The notes: a model not told the origin generated them from the letters alone. 46,873 nt of DNA from Opitutales bacterium (GCA_049599475.1 JBMYOQ010000030.1:1-46873), one strand, 5' to 3'; shown: positions 26,948 to 37,291, numbered from the stretch's first letter. Numbers and translations: made by a program.

Positions 26948-28975
26948 ATGAGCACAACAACTGCACCCGACACCGTCGCTGAGCCCGAAGTTACTATAGA
27001 GCCATCGACACCCCAGAAGAGTGATCTTGGCCTGACACGCCCTGATTTCTCCACTGGCTGGAAAGACTGGCTGACCACTGTCGACCACAAGAAGATCGGC
27101 ATCATGTACCTTTTCGCGGGGATCTTTTTCTTCGTCGTAGGGGGAATCGAAGCGCTTTTGATTCGCGTTCAGTTGGCTCAGCCGATGAACGATTTCATCA
27201 CTGCAGAACAGTATAACCAGCTGTTCACCATGCACGGCACAACCATGATTTTCTTGGGTGTCATGCCTATGAGTGCGGGCTTCTTTAACTATCTGGTGCC
27301 GCTGCAAATCGGTGCCCGCGACGTTGCTTTCCCGCGTCTCAATTCTTTCAGCCTGTGGACCTTCTTTGCCGGCGCGATTGTTCTGAACATCAGCTGGCTC
27401 TTCCAATTCATGCAGTATGCAGGCGTGGATTGGTTCACCAAAATCGTTGCTTCCCCGTATGGCGAACGCGCGTTGACCGATATCGCTCCTGGATTGGGTT
27501 GGTTCGGTTATGCTCCACTGAGCGGAGACCAGTATACCGGTATCGGTAGTGATTTTTGGATCTTCGGACTCCAGATCCTCGGTATCGCGTCACTTGCAGC
27601 TTCCTTTAACTTCATCACTACGATCCTCAACATGCGGGCGCCTGGGATGAAGATGATGCGTCTTCCTGCCTTTACGTGGATGACTCTGATCACAGCCTTC
27701 CTGATCATTTTTGCGTTCCCAGCGATTACCATCGCGTTGGCCGAGCTGATGTTCGACCGCACATTTGGCACAAACTTCTTCCGCGTTTCGGAAGGTGGAC
27801 AGCCTATCCTTTGGCAGCACTTGTTCTGGGTATTTGGTCACCCTGAGGTATACATCCTAGTTCTTCCTGCGATGGGTGTCGTTTCTGAGATTCTCCCGAC
27901 CTTTTCGCGTCGCCCACTTTTTGGTTACGCAATCGTAGTTTTCTCTGGAGCGGTTATCGGCTTCCTCGGATTTGCGGTGTGGTCTCACCACATGTTCACC
28001 ACAGGGTTGGGTAAGGTCGCTACTGCGGCGTTCTCCCTGCTCACCATGGCGATTGCGGTGCCTACTGGTGTGAAGATTTTCAACTGGATCGGAACCCTCT
28101 GGAATGGCCGAATTCGTTTCACCGCGCCCATGATCTTCTCTCTTGGTTTCATCTGGATGTTCATGATGGGAGGATTCTCCGGGATCATGCACTCGGCGGC
28201 TCCTGCAGATGCACAGCAGCAAGATAGCTACTTTGTCATTGCTCACTTCCACTACGTATTGATTGGTGGTGTGGTGCTCGCGCTTCTCGGAGGTGTATAT
28301 TTCTGGCTTCCGAAGATGTTCGGTAAGATGTGGGTTGGAAACTTTGGCGCTTGGGTCGCACTCGTCGTGGTTATCGGCCTGAACGTTACATTCTTCCCGA
28401 TGCACTTCTTGGGTCTTCTTGGTATGCCACGCCGGACACATACCTATCTCGAAGGTAATGATTGGGGGCTGCTCAACCTCGTTTGCACCATCGGCGCCTT
28501 CATCTTGGCCTTCGGTATTTTGATGTTCCTCATCGATATTTATAAGCTCGTTAAGAAGGGCAAACCTGCAAAAGCGGATGCTTGGGGCGAGGGGCGCACC
28601 ATCGAGTGGATGATTCCTTCTCCTCCGAAGGTTCACAACTTTGATGCAACCCCGATTGTGAAGGCCCGCGACGCATTTTGGGCTCACAAGCACGACGGAC
28701 CTAAATTCAAGATTGATGAAGTGGAGGAAACTCACGGAGTCCACATGCCTTCACAATCTTGGTGGCCACTCATGGGTGGAATCGGTCTCGGCGTGATGGC
28801 TACAGCAATGTCTGTAAAGGCTGCTGGTCAAGTCCCTTACATGGGATGGGTCGCAATCGCGGGATTGAGCGCCACTGTGATCGCTATATTCCTTTGGGCA
28901 CTCGAAGGCCCGGGCGGTTTCCACATCCACTTTCACAAGAAAGACGGCAAGAAGGCAGATACCTCTGCTCACTAA
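26948..28975 (+). CDS. ctaD: Cytochrome c oxidase subunit I (A1 type)
   Basis: DHKKIG, TMHGTTM, WVFGHPEVY, WSHHM, AHFHYV, GMPRR, plus extra C-terminal TM helices. Confidence 0.98.
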   Translation: MSTTTAPDTVAEPEVTIEPSTPQKSDLGLTRPDFSTGWKDWLTTVDHKKIGIMYLFAGIFFFVVGGIEALLIRVQLAQPMNDFITAEQYNQLFTMHGTTMIFLGVMPMSAGFFNYLVPLQIGARDVAFPRLNSFSLWTFFAGAIVLNISWLFQFMQYAGVDWFTKIVASPYGERALTDIAPGLGWFGYAPLSGDQYTGIGSDFWIFGLQILGIASLAASFNFITTILNMRAPGMKMMRLPAFTWMTLITAFLIIFAFPAITIALAELMFDRTFGTNFFRVSEGGQPILWQHLFWVFGHPEVYILVLPAMGVVSEILPTFSRRPLFGYAIVVFSGAVIGFLGFAVWSHHMFTTGLGKVATAAFSLLTMAIAVPTGVKIFNWIGTLWNGRIRFTAPMIFSLGFIWMFMMGGFSGIMHSAAPADAQQQDSYFVIAHFHYVLIGGVVLALLGGVYFWLPKMFGKMWVGNFGAWVALVVVIGLNVTFFPMHFLGLLGMPRRTHTYLEGNDWGLLNLVCTIGAFILAFGILMFLIDIYKLVKKGKPAKADAWGEGRTIEWMIPSPPKVHNFDATPIVKARDAFWAHKHDGPKFKIDEVEETHGVHMPSQSWWPLMGGIGLGVMATAMSVKAAGQVPYMGWVAIAGLSATVIAIFLWALEGPGGFHIHFHKKDGKKADTSAH

Positions 28976-29008
28976 TTCTGATTTCCTTAAACTAGTTTTC
29001 CTGATCCT

Positions 29009-29668
29009 ATGAGCCACGCTGCAGTAGCAACAGACGACCACCAAGGTCATGACTCACACGGCCACCATCACGTGGAGACGAATACCGGCGTCGATAACAA
29101 GAAATTGGCCATGTGGCTCTTCTTGGGCTCGGACTGTATGTTCTTCGGAACGCTCATTTCGACCCACCTGATTTACCGCAAGCTGTATCCGGATATCGGC
29201 GTGCAGCCAACGGACATTTTTAATATTCCGCTCACGTCTTTCTCTACGTTCATTCTCCTGATGAGCTCCTTCTTGATGGCGCTCTGTGTATCGGCAATGC
29301 ACAAGGGGGACCTGAAGAGCTTCCAGAGAAACTGTGTGGGTGTTATGTTCTTTGGATTGATCTTCCTCACTTGTCAGGTGTTTGAGTTCACAGAGTTCGT
29401 TCACGGTATCGAAGGGAAGTTCGAAGGCTTTACTTTAGCCTCCGGGACATTTGGTTCGACATTCTATGTGATGACTGGAACTCACGGGACCCACGTTGCT
29501 ATCGGTATCCTTTGGCTGGCGGCGTTGTTCTTTTATTCATTCACAGGTCGCATGGATCACTCCAGCGCCATGGATGTTGAGGTCTCTGGTCTCTACTGGC
29601 ACTTTGTTGATATCGTCTGGATCGTCATCTTTACCGCGGTATACCTCGTCGAATTTATTCACTTCTAG
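29009..29668 (+). CDS. ctaE: Cytochrome c oxidase subunit III (short form)
   Basis: MWLFLGSD, FYVMTGTHGTHV, LYWHFVDIVW. Confidence 0.96.
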   Translation: MSHAAVATDDHQGHDSHGHHHVETNTGVDNKKLAMWLFLGSDCMFFGTLISTHLIYRKLYPDIGVQPTDIFNIPLTSFSTFILLMSSFLMALCVSAMHKGDLKSFQRNCVGVMFFGLIFLTCQVFEFTEFVHGIEGKFEGFTLASGTFGSTFYVMTGTHGTHVAIGILWLAALFFYSFTGRMDHSSAMDVEVSGLYWHFVDIVWIVIFTAVYLVEFIHF

Positions 29669-29679
29669 TCTGTTTTCCT

Positions 29680-30036
29680 ATGAGCCAGCTCACACTTGCG
29701 CCCATCGACGTCCTGAAGGACGAAAACGATAAATACCACACTTTCATCAATCTCGGTCTATTCCTCGCAGCACTAACGGGTATAGAGATTGTCATCATTT
29801 TCTTCCCTTGGAATCCATGGGTGATTTTCTGGGGTTTGGTGATCTTGTCTGTGATCAAGTTTATTTGCGTCATCGCGTGGTTCATGCACCTGATCTACGA
29901 CAAGTTTGTGACGACGGCAGTCTTCATGTCGGGACTCATTATTGCGACCGGTACCGTAATCGCCCTGGTTGCCTTATTTAGCTTTCCCGAAGAGGAGTAC
30001 GACGTCGAAGCGATCAAGGTGATGCAGGACATCTAG
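29680..30036 (+). CDS. ctaF: Cytochrome c oxidase subunit IV family protein
   Basis: LAALTGIE, KFICVIAWFMHL; about 3 TM helices; follows ctaE. Confidence 0.85.
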   Translation: MSQLTLAPIDVLKDENDKYHTFINLGLFLAALTGIEIVIIFFPWNPWVIFWGLVILSVIKFICVIAWFMHLIYDKFVTTAVFMSGLIIATGTVIALVALFSFPEEEYDVEAIKVMQDI

Positions 30037-30119
30037 GGATGTTCTAGTAGTCACACCCTTTGGGCTTTCTAGGCCTCGAGGTCTTGTTAGAGTTTCGATC
30101 TTTTTAGGTATATGGATTT

Positions 30120-30147
30120 AAGCCCTGATGGCCCTCGGGGGCTTTTT
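30120..30147 (+). terminator. Probable intrinsic terminator after the cta operon
   Basis: AAGCCCTGA...TCGGGGGCTTTTT forms an imperfect stem followed by a T-run, between convergent genes. Confidence 0.5.
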
Positions 30148-30169
30148 GCGTACTTTTGGGACCCTCAAT

Positions 30170-30225
30170 CGGCTCACCGTGACGGGTTCGCCCTTGTTTA
30201 CGAAATTACTTTTGAAAGAGGTCTA
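30170..30225 (-). repeat. MITE-like end plus GGTGAGCC-family REP-like motif
   Basis: The minus strand reads TAGACCTCTTTCAAAAGTAATTTCG...AGGGCGAACCCGTCACGGTGAGCCG. The TAG is the EamA stop codon. Confidence 0.45.
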
Positions 30226-31107
30226 AGTATTTTGGCTCTTTGGCTGATTGCGAATCAGGCCTGTTGCCAGTGCGGATCCTAAGAGAGTCACTATCATTCC
30301 AATTATCATGGGAGTGGTGAGCTCTTCATCCAGTAGTAGGGTACCCCAAATGAGGGCGAAGACGGGGACGATGAAGGTGACTGTGGCAGTGGGCGTGGCT
30401 CCTGCGCTTTTGAGTAACTTGAAGAAAATTACGTAGGGTAGTGCGGTTCCTAGGGTGGCGAGTCCGATTGCTGCGGCCCAGGCCAGCATGCTTGGGTTGG
30501 CTTCGGGCCAGGTAAAGGGGACCGCAGGTAAGAGGGTAACAGATGCCCCCGCAAGTGTGCCAAAGGCCGTCACGCTACTCGAAAGCCCACTGAGTTTCTG
30601 CCGTGTGTAGTTCACGCCAATGCCATAGCAGACAGCGGCTCCGAGGGCGGCTAATACGGCCCAGCCTGTGCCGCCAGATTTGAATTCCAAATTGTCTGAT
30701 GAGAGCACGCCGACACCCACTATCCCAACGAGTAATCCGAGCACCTGGAGTCGCTTCAGAGGCACTGCCAACCAGAGGAATGCGATGAGCGCGGTGAATA
30801 TCGGGGTCGCGGCGTTCAAAAGTGCGTTCAGGCCGGAGGAGATGCTCAGGGCGGAAAAGGACAACAGTACCCCTGGTAGGGCATTGTTGAAGAATCCCCC
30901 GAATAAAAATACTCCGAACTGGTTCCGGACTTGTGCCAGGGCGGAGTTTTTCAGAAGAAAAAGCCAAATGAGCAGAGCTGCCGTCGCTAGTCGTACGAGG
31001 ATGAGGACAACGGGCCCAAACTCAGGTGCCGCGATACGCATAAACATGAAGGACGCGCCCCAGAGGGCGGCCAGCAGGATTAGGCGAAAAGTGTCGGACA
31101 GACTCAT
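30223..31107 (-). CDS. EamA/DMT-family transporter
   Basis: LAALWGASF, LNAATPIFT and TFIVPVFALIWG in two EamA repeats. Confidence 0.93.
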   Translation of the reverse strand: MSLSDTFRLILLAALWGASFMFMRIAAPEFGPVVLILVRLATAALLIWLFLLKNSALAQVRNQFGVFLFGGFFNNALPGVLLSFSALSISSGLNALLNAATPIFTALIAFLWLAVPLKRLQVLGLLVGIVGVGVLSSDNLEFKSGGTGWAVLAALGAAVCYGIGVNYTRQKLSGLSSSVTAFGTLAGASVTLLPAVPFTWPEANPSMLAWAAAIGLATLGTALPYVIFFKLLKSAGATPTATVTFIVPVFALIWGTLLLDEELTTPMIIGMIVTLLGSALATGLIRNQPKSQNT

Positions 31108-31217
31108 GTGAGCGGTGAAGTGTAAACCGAGTTTTTCAAAAACCCACCCGAAACGTGTGGCGTGGAACTCGAGTTGCTGAGATGACAGTCAGTTACCCAG
31201 ACCTCCTCATTCTTATT

Positions 31218-32504
31218 ATGGATATATTGCGCAGCCTCATAGGGATTTCTGTCTTCATCGGAATTGCCTACGCTATAAGCGAGAATCGTTCTAAAATCTC
31301 TTGGAAGCTCATCCTTTCTGCCCTGGGCTTGCAGTTCTTGCTGGCAGTCCTGGTTCTCAAGGTGCCGATTTTCTCCAACATGCTGCAGGCGCTCTCCGGC
31401 TTTTTTGTGGAGTTGATCAATTTTGCCAATCGGGGAGCACAGGAGGTTTTTGGAAAACTGGCCTCGGACCCCTTCACCTATAATACGGTCATTGGTTTTC
31501 AGGTTTTGCCTGCGATCATCTTTTTCGCAGCACTCACGAGCTTGCTGTATTACTTCGGCATTCTCCAGAAAATGGTCTATGCCTTGGCATGGGTGATGAG
31601 TAAGACAATGAAGCTTTCGGGCGCTGAAAGTCTGGCCGCGGCTGCGAATGTTTTTATCGGGCAGACCGAAGCACCGCTTGTCGTGAAACCCTATCTCGAA
31701 AAAATGACCCGCTCCGAAATCATGGCGCTGATGTCGGGCGGCTTTGCAACAATTGCTGGAACCGTATTGGCAGCCTTTATTCTGTTTCTGGGAGGGGATG
31801 ATGATGCACAACGAGCTCTCTACGGAAAGCACCTGATCACGGCGTCGATTCTGTCAGCACCTGCGGCACTCCTATTTGCCAAGCTTATGGTCCCTGAAAC
31901 GGAAGACGTGGTCGAAGATCTGGAAATTTCAGAGGACGACCTGGGCTCCAACGCCTTTGATGCGATTAGTAAAGGAACCACCGAAGGCCTGCGGCTTGCT
32001 ATGAATGTTGGGGCGATGCTGATCGTGTTCATTGGTTTTGTGACCATGGCCAATTACCTTCTTGGCGATTTGCTGGGTGCTAAGACAGGCCTCAATTCAT
32101 GGGTGGCATCGATCACTGACGGCCGCTTTGACTCCTTCACGCTGGAATTCATTTTTGGAATTATCTTTGCGCCGGTGGCGTGGCTTATCGGAGTCGATTC
32201 GGGGAACCTCATGGTGTCGGGCCAGCTCCTCGGAGAGAAGCTCGTGATAAATGAATTCTTCGCCTTTATTCATCTAGGCGAATTGAAAGCGTCGGGCGCG
32301 ATCACCGATGAGCGTACCTTGATTTTGCTTACTTATGCTCTGTGCGGGTTTTCGAATTTTCCTTCGATGGGTATACAGATTGGAGGCATCAGTGCCGTGG
32401 CACCGGGTCAACGTTCTACTATTTGTAGCTTGGCCATAAAGGCAGTCACTGCGGGATCTTTTGCGTGTTTTGCGACTGCGTGCGTCGCGGGAATGTTTGT
32501 TTAG
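31218..32504 (+). CDS. nupC: Concentrative nucleoside transporter (NupC/CNT family)
   Basis: VLPAIIFF, AAANVFIGQTEAPL, GGFATIAG, EKLVINEFFAF, YALCGFSN. ATG at 31218 is preferred. Confidence 0.93.
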   Translation: MDILRSLIGISVFIGIAYAISENRSKISWKLILSALGLQFLLAVLVLKVPIFSNMLQALSGFFVELINFANRGAQEVFGKLASDPFTYNTVIGFQVLPAIIFFAALTSLLYYFGILQKMVYALAWVMSKTMKLSGAESLAAAANVFIGQTEAPLVVKPYLEKMTRSEIMALMSGGFATIAGTVLAAFILFLGGDDDAQRALYGKHLITASILSAPAALLFAKLMVPETEDVVEDLEISEDDLGSNAFDAISKGTTEGLRLAMNVGAMLIVFIGFVTMANYLLGDLLGAKTGLNSWVASITDGRFDSFTLEFIFGIIFAPVAWLIGVDSGNLMVSGQLLGEKLVINEFFAFIHLGELKASGAITDERTLILLTYALCGFSNFPSMGIQIGGISAVAPGQRSTICSLAIKAVTAGSFACFATACVAGMFV

Positions 32505-32505
32505 T

Positions 32506-33000
32506 ATGACTGCCGAGGAAGTCGTTAAAAAGCTAGGTCTAGAGCCTCTGGAGCATGAGGGAGGATTCTTTTCCCGCGTGTTTACAAGTGCGCAGAGTGT
32601 GGAGGCGGTGGGTGCCGAACGACCTGCTGGAACGGTAATTTTCTTTTTAGTAACACCGAATGACTTTTCAGCGCTACACCTGTTGGGCTTGACCGAATTC
32701 TACACGCATCTTGCGGGAGATCTCTTAGAGTTGACTATTTTAGACCCAGCGCAATCCACCGAAAAGACGCTGAAACTCGGTCCTATTACAAATCCGGACG
32801 CTGTTCTCTCGTTTTGCGTTCCTCCGGGTGTTTGGCAGGGATCAAGGCTCGGTGAAAGTCGAGAGCATGGCTGGGCTTTGGTAAGTTGTACCTTGGCGCC
32901 TGGTTTTCATTGGTCTGATTTTGAGCTGGGTGAACGGGCTAAACTGCAGGCGGCATTCCCAGACTCCGCTGAAATCATTGAGCACCTAACGCGTTCTTAA
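32506..33000 (+). CDS. Cupin_5 (DUF985) protein
   Basis: LGLEPLEHEGGFF, FSALH, VPPGVWQGS, LVSCTLAPGFHWSDFE. Starts 1 bp after the nupC stop. Confidence 0.88.
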   Translation: MTAEEVVKKLGLEPLEHEGGFFSRVFTSAQSVEAVGAERPAGTVIFFLVTPNDFSALHLLGLTEFYTHLAGDLLELTILDPAQSTEKTLKLGPITNPDAVLSFCVPPGVWQGSRLGESREHGWALVSCTLAPGFHWSDFELGERAKLQAAFPDSAEIIEHLTRS

Positions 33001-33023
33001 ACGAGTCTCGTTCTGTTTTTGAT

Positions 33024-34346
33024 TCACTTATACACGGGCACAGAATCCGAGACTGGTATTTCGTCCCGTAGCATCTTTCCTATGTTGCCTGCGAGTCTGA
33101 GGTAAAAATCGCTGGGTAGGCCTTCAAGGCCGACGAACTTAGCGGGTTCGCCAATGGGCGGTGTGTCTCTGAGTTTAAAAATAGCGGTGCCTTCATCAAC
33201 TTCGTCAAACATGGCGATATAGAGCATGTTGGCTCCTGCGCGTTTATTGGCGACAGCTTGTGACCAAAGGAATTTCCCTTTGAGGCGGGGGATGGCGTCA
33301 AAATCTCCCCCTTTGTTGTTATACCAACTGAATCCAGGAAAGATGACTGGGAGATAGTCTAGGGAATGTTCTCTGCACCATTTGAGGTCGGGTGCGTAAT
33401 GGTTCTCGGTGTGGCGTTCAAGGCCTTGTAGATCCCGAAAGCGCGTGACACTCCAAGGGCTGATGACGTCTGCCATCCTAAGCATATCGTGCAGCTCGGG
33501 GTGGTCTATGGAGTCGCGTTCCATCTCTCGCCAACCCGTGGGGACTCCCAACATCACACTAAATCCGGCATTTTTAAAACGCTCAACAAGGTAGCGGCAG
33601 GATTCGAAGCTATTGCGCTCCTTGCTGTTCTCGTTGAATCCCACTCCCCAAATCGCGACTAGAGGTTTGCCGTTGTGGTGGAGATATGCCGGATCCTTAG
33701 TGATCTGCATTTCAAGATAAAGGGTCCTGAAATCATCGATGACCACCTCGATCCGCTCGTCGGGAAGACCTGTCAAATCGTACATCACCGCGTAGGCTCG
33801 GCCATAGCAATTCGCTCCTTCTCGGGCGCTCGAGAGGACTTTATCTTTGTGGTATTTGGACTCGGGGCGATGGATGCTGTGGATAAATCGCTGGATAAAG
33901 GCGCCATCGATTCCGTATTCCTGCATCCATTGAAAGTGCCTCAGGACGGTCTTCCTATCATGGGAGCTGAAGACTTTCGCCGGCGAGCCATCGGACTCCT
34001 TGAATCCGGTTTCGTAGAGCTCATTGTCCTCGAAATCGGATACATCGGGCCAGAAATCAATTCCGGCGTTGTCTGGAGCTAAGGGGCGTCTCCGGTTCTT
34101 TGCCCAGTGCGTCCAACCCAGACCCGCGCCGTCGCCCTCGGTGTTGAACCAGCCTTGATAGCCCGTCATCACCTTTCCGTATAGGGTCGAGCGATCTACG
34201 GCATTTCTTAGAGTGGGCCCTTCGTAGGGGACAAGTAAGTCTTCCTGCTTAGCAAGAATAGATGGGGTTGAGGATGCGAGCAGACTGCAAATTGCTAACA
34301 TCCGGAGGGGTTGCCGGAGTGTTTGTAGCGCCATATCCAGCGCCAA
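33024..34346 (-). CDS. Secreted GH99/GH71-like glycoside hydrolase
   Basis: GYQGWF, YGIDGAFIQRF, MYDLTG, KPLVAIWGVGF, PGFSW, YIAMFDEVDEGT. The true start may be 34334 or 34301. Confidence 0.85.
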   Translation of the reverse strand: MALDMALQTLRQPLRMLAICSLLASSTPSILAKQEDLLVPYEGPTLRNAVDRSTLYGKVMTGYQGWFNTEGDGAGLGWTHWAKNRRRPLAPDNAGIDFWPDVSDFEDNELYETGFKESDGSPAKVFSSHDRKTVLRHFQWMQEYGIDGAFIQRFIHSIHRPESKYHKDKVLSSAREGANCYGRAYAVMYDLTGLPDERIEVVIDDFRTLYLEMQITKDPAYLHHNGKPLVAIWGVGFNENSKERNSFESCRYLVERFKNAGFSVMLGVPTGWREMERDSIDHPELHDMLRMADVISPWSVTRFRDLQGLERHTENHYAPDLKWCREHSLDYLPVIFPGFSWYNNKGGDFDAIPRLKGKFLWSQAVANKRAGANMLYIAMFDEVDEGTAIFKLRDTPPIGEPAKFVGLEGLPSDFYLRLAGNIGKMLRDEIPVSDSVPVYK

Positions 34347-34426
34347 CGTCCTTCAAATGAGAACGTTTCGCCCAGGTCCTATTTGGCAAGCCTGTCCAAT
34401 GCTTTGTCCAAGCTGGCCAAATTCGC

Positions 34427-35917
34427 TTACATCCGCACAGCGATATACATAAAGCGGGTTTCGTGGAAAACGTAGGCGCGGTTTACACCATCGCGCATAC
34501 TGTCTGCGATCGCCTGCGCATCGCCTACGGGTGTGCGGTTCCACTCTAGGATGACCATGCCCGCTTCGAGCTGCCGAGCGAAGGGGCTCTCGATATCGAC
34601 CTGTTCTATGAGCACGCCCTCTGAAAAACCTTCAATACCGATTTCTTCGAGCTCCTCTTCATCCATGGCTACAAGCACGATGCCTTCAAGGGGCTCGACG
34701 GGTGCTTCCTCACTATCATCGCCGCGCCAGCGCCCTGTGGAGCGCCCATTCATGCGCGCAATGGCTTCGTCGAGGTCGCCAAGTTCTATCGGTTGCTCGA
34801 GTCGCTCGCCGTCTCGTAGAATAAGGAGTCTTACCTCAGTGCCTGGTGGATAGAACGATACTTTCAGGCGCAAATCTGCAGCATTGGAAATCGATTGATC
34901 ATTGACCTTCAGGATAATGTCTCCGCGCTTCATACCGACCTCACTCGCGGGGGAATCATCGGTAACTCGGGCCACAAGGGCTCCGTTTGAGTTCTCGAGG
35001 CCAAAGGATTCTGCGAGGGTGTTATCGAGATCCTCAGGGAGCACGCCAAGGAACCCTCGGCTGACCTCGCCCGAGCTGGCAAGGTTGTTCGCGATCTGCA
35101 GGACGATCTTGCTCGGGATGGCGAGACCAATGCCGATATTTCCCCCGGTAGAGGAAATGATGGCTGTGTTAATACCGATCATCCGCCCCTGTGCATCGAC
35201 GAGGGGACCTCCCGAATTGCCCATATTGATGGAAGCATCAGTCTGGATAAAGTTTTCATAGCCGCCACTTCCGAGAATTTGGAAATCCTGGCGCCCAGTT
35301 GCGGAAATGATACCCTGGGTGACTGCGATCCCGGTATCGAGCGGGTTGCCGATCGCGAATACCACGTCTCCCACCCGCAGGTCTTCTTGCGTGCTGATGG
35401 TCAAAGCGGGAAGGTCCTCGGCCTCGATCTTGAGAATGCCGACGTCGGTGCGCTGGTCGGTCCCGACGATTTCAGCGACGAATTCGCGTCCATCCGATAA
35501 GGTCACAACGACCTCATCGACGAGCTCGCCCATTTCATTGTTTACTACGTGATGGTTTGTCACGATGTAGCCATCGGGAGAAACGATCACACCGGAGCCT
35601 GCGCCAGTTGGGCGTCGTCGCTCACGAGGTGTGTCGTCTAGATCCTCTTCCTCCGGCTCTATTTCGGGTAAACCATAGTAGCGGCGGAGAAATTCCTCCA
35701 TACGTGAACGCGGACCTCCGCCCGAGCGTTCTTCGACAAACTCAGTGGTCCCGATGCCGACTACGGAACTCGCGGCCTTCTCCAAAACGGGAGCGTAGCT
35801 GACTCCTGGGATGGTTCGATCAATGGGATCGACGTCAATCGAAGCGGAAATCGTAGCAAAGGATTGGACGTGAAAGGCGAAAAATACGGCAGATGCGAGG
35901 CCTAGGGACTTTAACAT
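34427..35917 (-). CDS. degP: DegP/HtrA (Do family) periplasmic serine protease with PDZ domains
   Basis: GSGVI, VTNHHV, TDVG, IQTDASINMGNSGGPL, RGFLGV. Confidence 0.95.
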   Translation of the reverse strand: MLKSLGLASAVFFAFHVQSFATISASIDVDPIDRTIPGVSYAPVLEKAASSVVGIGTTEFVEERSGGGPRSRMEEFLRRYYGLPEIEPEEEDLDDTPRERRRPTGAGSGVIVSPDGYIVTNHHVVNNEMGELVDEVVVTLSDGREFVAEIVGTDQRTDVGILKIEAEDLPALTISTQEDLRVGDVVFAIGNPLDTGIAVTQGIISATGRQDFQILGSGGYENFIQTDASINMGNSGGPLVDAQGRMIGINTAIISSTGGNIGIGLAIPSKIVLQIANNLASSGEVSRGFLGVLPEDLDNTLAESFGLENSNGALVARVTDDSPASEVGMKRGDIILKVNDQSISNAADLRLKVSFYPPGTEVRLLILRDGERLEQPIELGDLDEAIARMNGRSTGRWRGDDSEEAPVEPLEGIVLVAMDEEELEEIGIEGFSEGVLIEQVDIESPFARQLEAGMVILEWNRTPVGDAQAIADSMRDGVNRAYVFHETRFMYIAVRM

Positions 35918-36153
35918 AATAGTTAATATGAGTGGGTTTGCTTAGATTGCCAGTGCGTGAATCGGTTCCTTAGCGATCAACTAGTAGTTGTCGGCATTTT
36001 TGAACCCCCTATGAGGGCATTTGTCGCTATGCTTGCAAGAATTCGATGGCGAGATCTGGATTTTAGACTTGCCTGACCAGCCCCAAGTGCGAGCAATGCG
36101 GAGTTGCTGATCACCGAAACCCAATAAAGGTGTCCATCTTATCTACTAGATCC

Positions 36154-37245
36154 ATGAGCTACAAACTCTTCATTCCCGGTCCTATCGCAGTCTCTGAGAA
36201 GACATATCAAGCTATGACGCAGCCCGTGTTCGGGCATCGCAGCAAAGATTTCGTAGCTTTATACCAGTCGATTCAGCCGAGTTTGCAGGAAATGTTCTAC
36301 ACGAAAGATCCTGTCTTCATCAGCACCAGCAGTGCCTGGGGCGTGATGGAAGGGGTTTTGCGTAGCGTGTGCACCAAACGCGTGCTCAACTGCTGCAATG
36401 GCGCTTTTTCGGACAAGTGGAACGATGTTTCCAACCGCATGGATATCGCTGCTGACGCCTTGAAGTTTGACTGGGGACAGCCTGTCGACCCAGAAGCCGT
36501 GCGCGAAAAACTCAGCACTGGCGAATATGACGCCATCACTTTTATCCACAACGAGACCTCAACCGGTGTCATGAGTCCCATTGAGGATATCATGGCCGTC
36601 GTGCGTGAGTTCCCCGATGTCATTTCTATTGTGGATTCCGTAAGCTCTTTCTCCGCTGTCAAAATCGACAAGGACGCCCTGGGCATCGACATCCTGTTGA
36701 CCGGTTCTCAGAAAGCACTCGCATTGCCTCCCGGCATGGCATTGTTCTCCGTTTCCGATAAAGCCTTCCAGAAGGCAGAAACGGTTTCCGGCCGCGGCTA
36801 CTACTTTGACCTGCTCGAGTTCAAAAAGAACCACGAGAAGGGGATGACTCCGAGCACGCCGATCATTCCGCTGATGTTTGCGCTCAAGTCTAAGATCGAA
36901 GATATTTTCGAGGAAGGCTTGGAAACACGTTACGCACGCCACGAGCGTCTCAATGGTCTCGTGCATGCATGGGTGAAGAAGAACGGCTTCGAATTCTTCG
37001 CGAATCCTGTGAGCTGCGCGTCTAAGAGCCTGACCTGCGTGGCCAACAATCGCGACCTCGACCTGCCTGCATTCATCGCCGCGCTGAAGGCGCGCCACAA
37101 CTGCGTGATCGACGGCGGCTACGGCAAAGTGAAAGGGAAAACCTTCCGCATTTCCAACATGGGAGACGAGACCGATGAAACCATTTCTACACTCCTCTCT
37201 CAACTTGATGGACTGCTCGCCGATGGAATAGGCCTGCCTCAATAA
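36154..37245 (+). CDS. Class V aminotransferase (alanine-glyoxylate/serine-pyruvate family)
   Basis: LFIPGP, HNETSTGV, VDSVSS, GSQKALALPPG, FRISNMG. Confidence 0.93.
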   Translation: MSYKLFIPGPIAVSEKTYQAMTQPVFGHRSKDFVALYQSIQPSLQEMFYTKDPVFISTSSAWGVMEGVLRSVCTKRVLNCCNGAFSDKWNDVSNRMDIAADALKFDWGQPVDPEAVREKLSTGEYDAITFIHNETSTGVMSPIEDIMAVVREFPDVISIVDSVSSFSAVKIDKDALGIDILLTGSQKALALPPGMALFSVSDKAFQKAETVSGRGYYFDLLEFKKNHEKGMTPSTPIIPLMFALKSKIEDIFEEGLETRYARHERLNGLVHAWVKKNGFEFFANPVSCASKSLTCVANNRDLDLPAFIAALKARHNCVIDGGYGKVKGKTFRISNMGDETDETISTLLSQLDGLLADGIGLPQ

Positions 37246-37291
37246 GACTTTCTCCGACTCAAACAGCTTACCTCGCCCCAAACTGACTTTA

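Noticed and set aside
26402..28744. Long antisense ORFs (334 aa and 295 aa) opposite ctaC/ctaD
   Set aside because: They lie opposite conserved genes, have no motifs, and are expected shadows of biased codon usage.
26948..29668. Extended subunit I and short subunit III as a novelty
   Set aside because: Shifting TM helices from subunit III to subunit I is already known in caa3/bo3-type oxidases.
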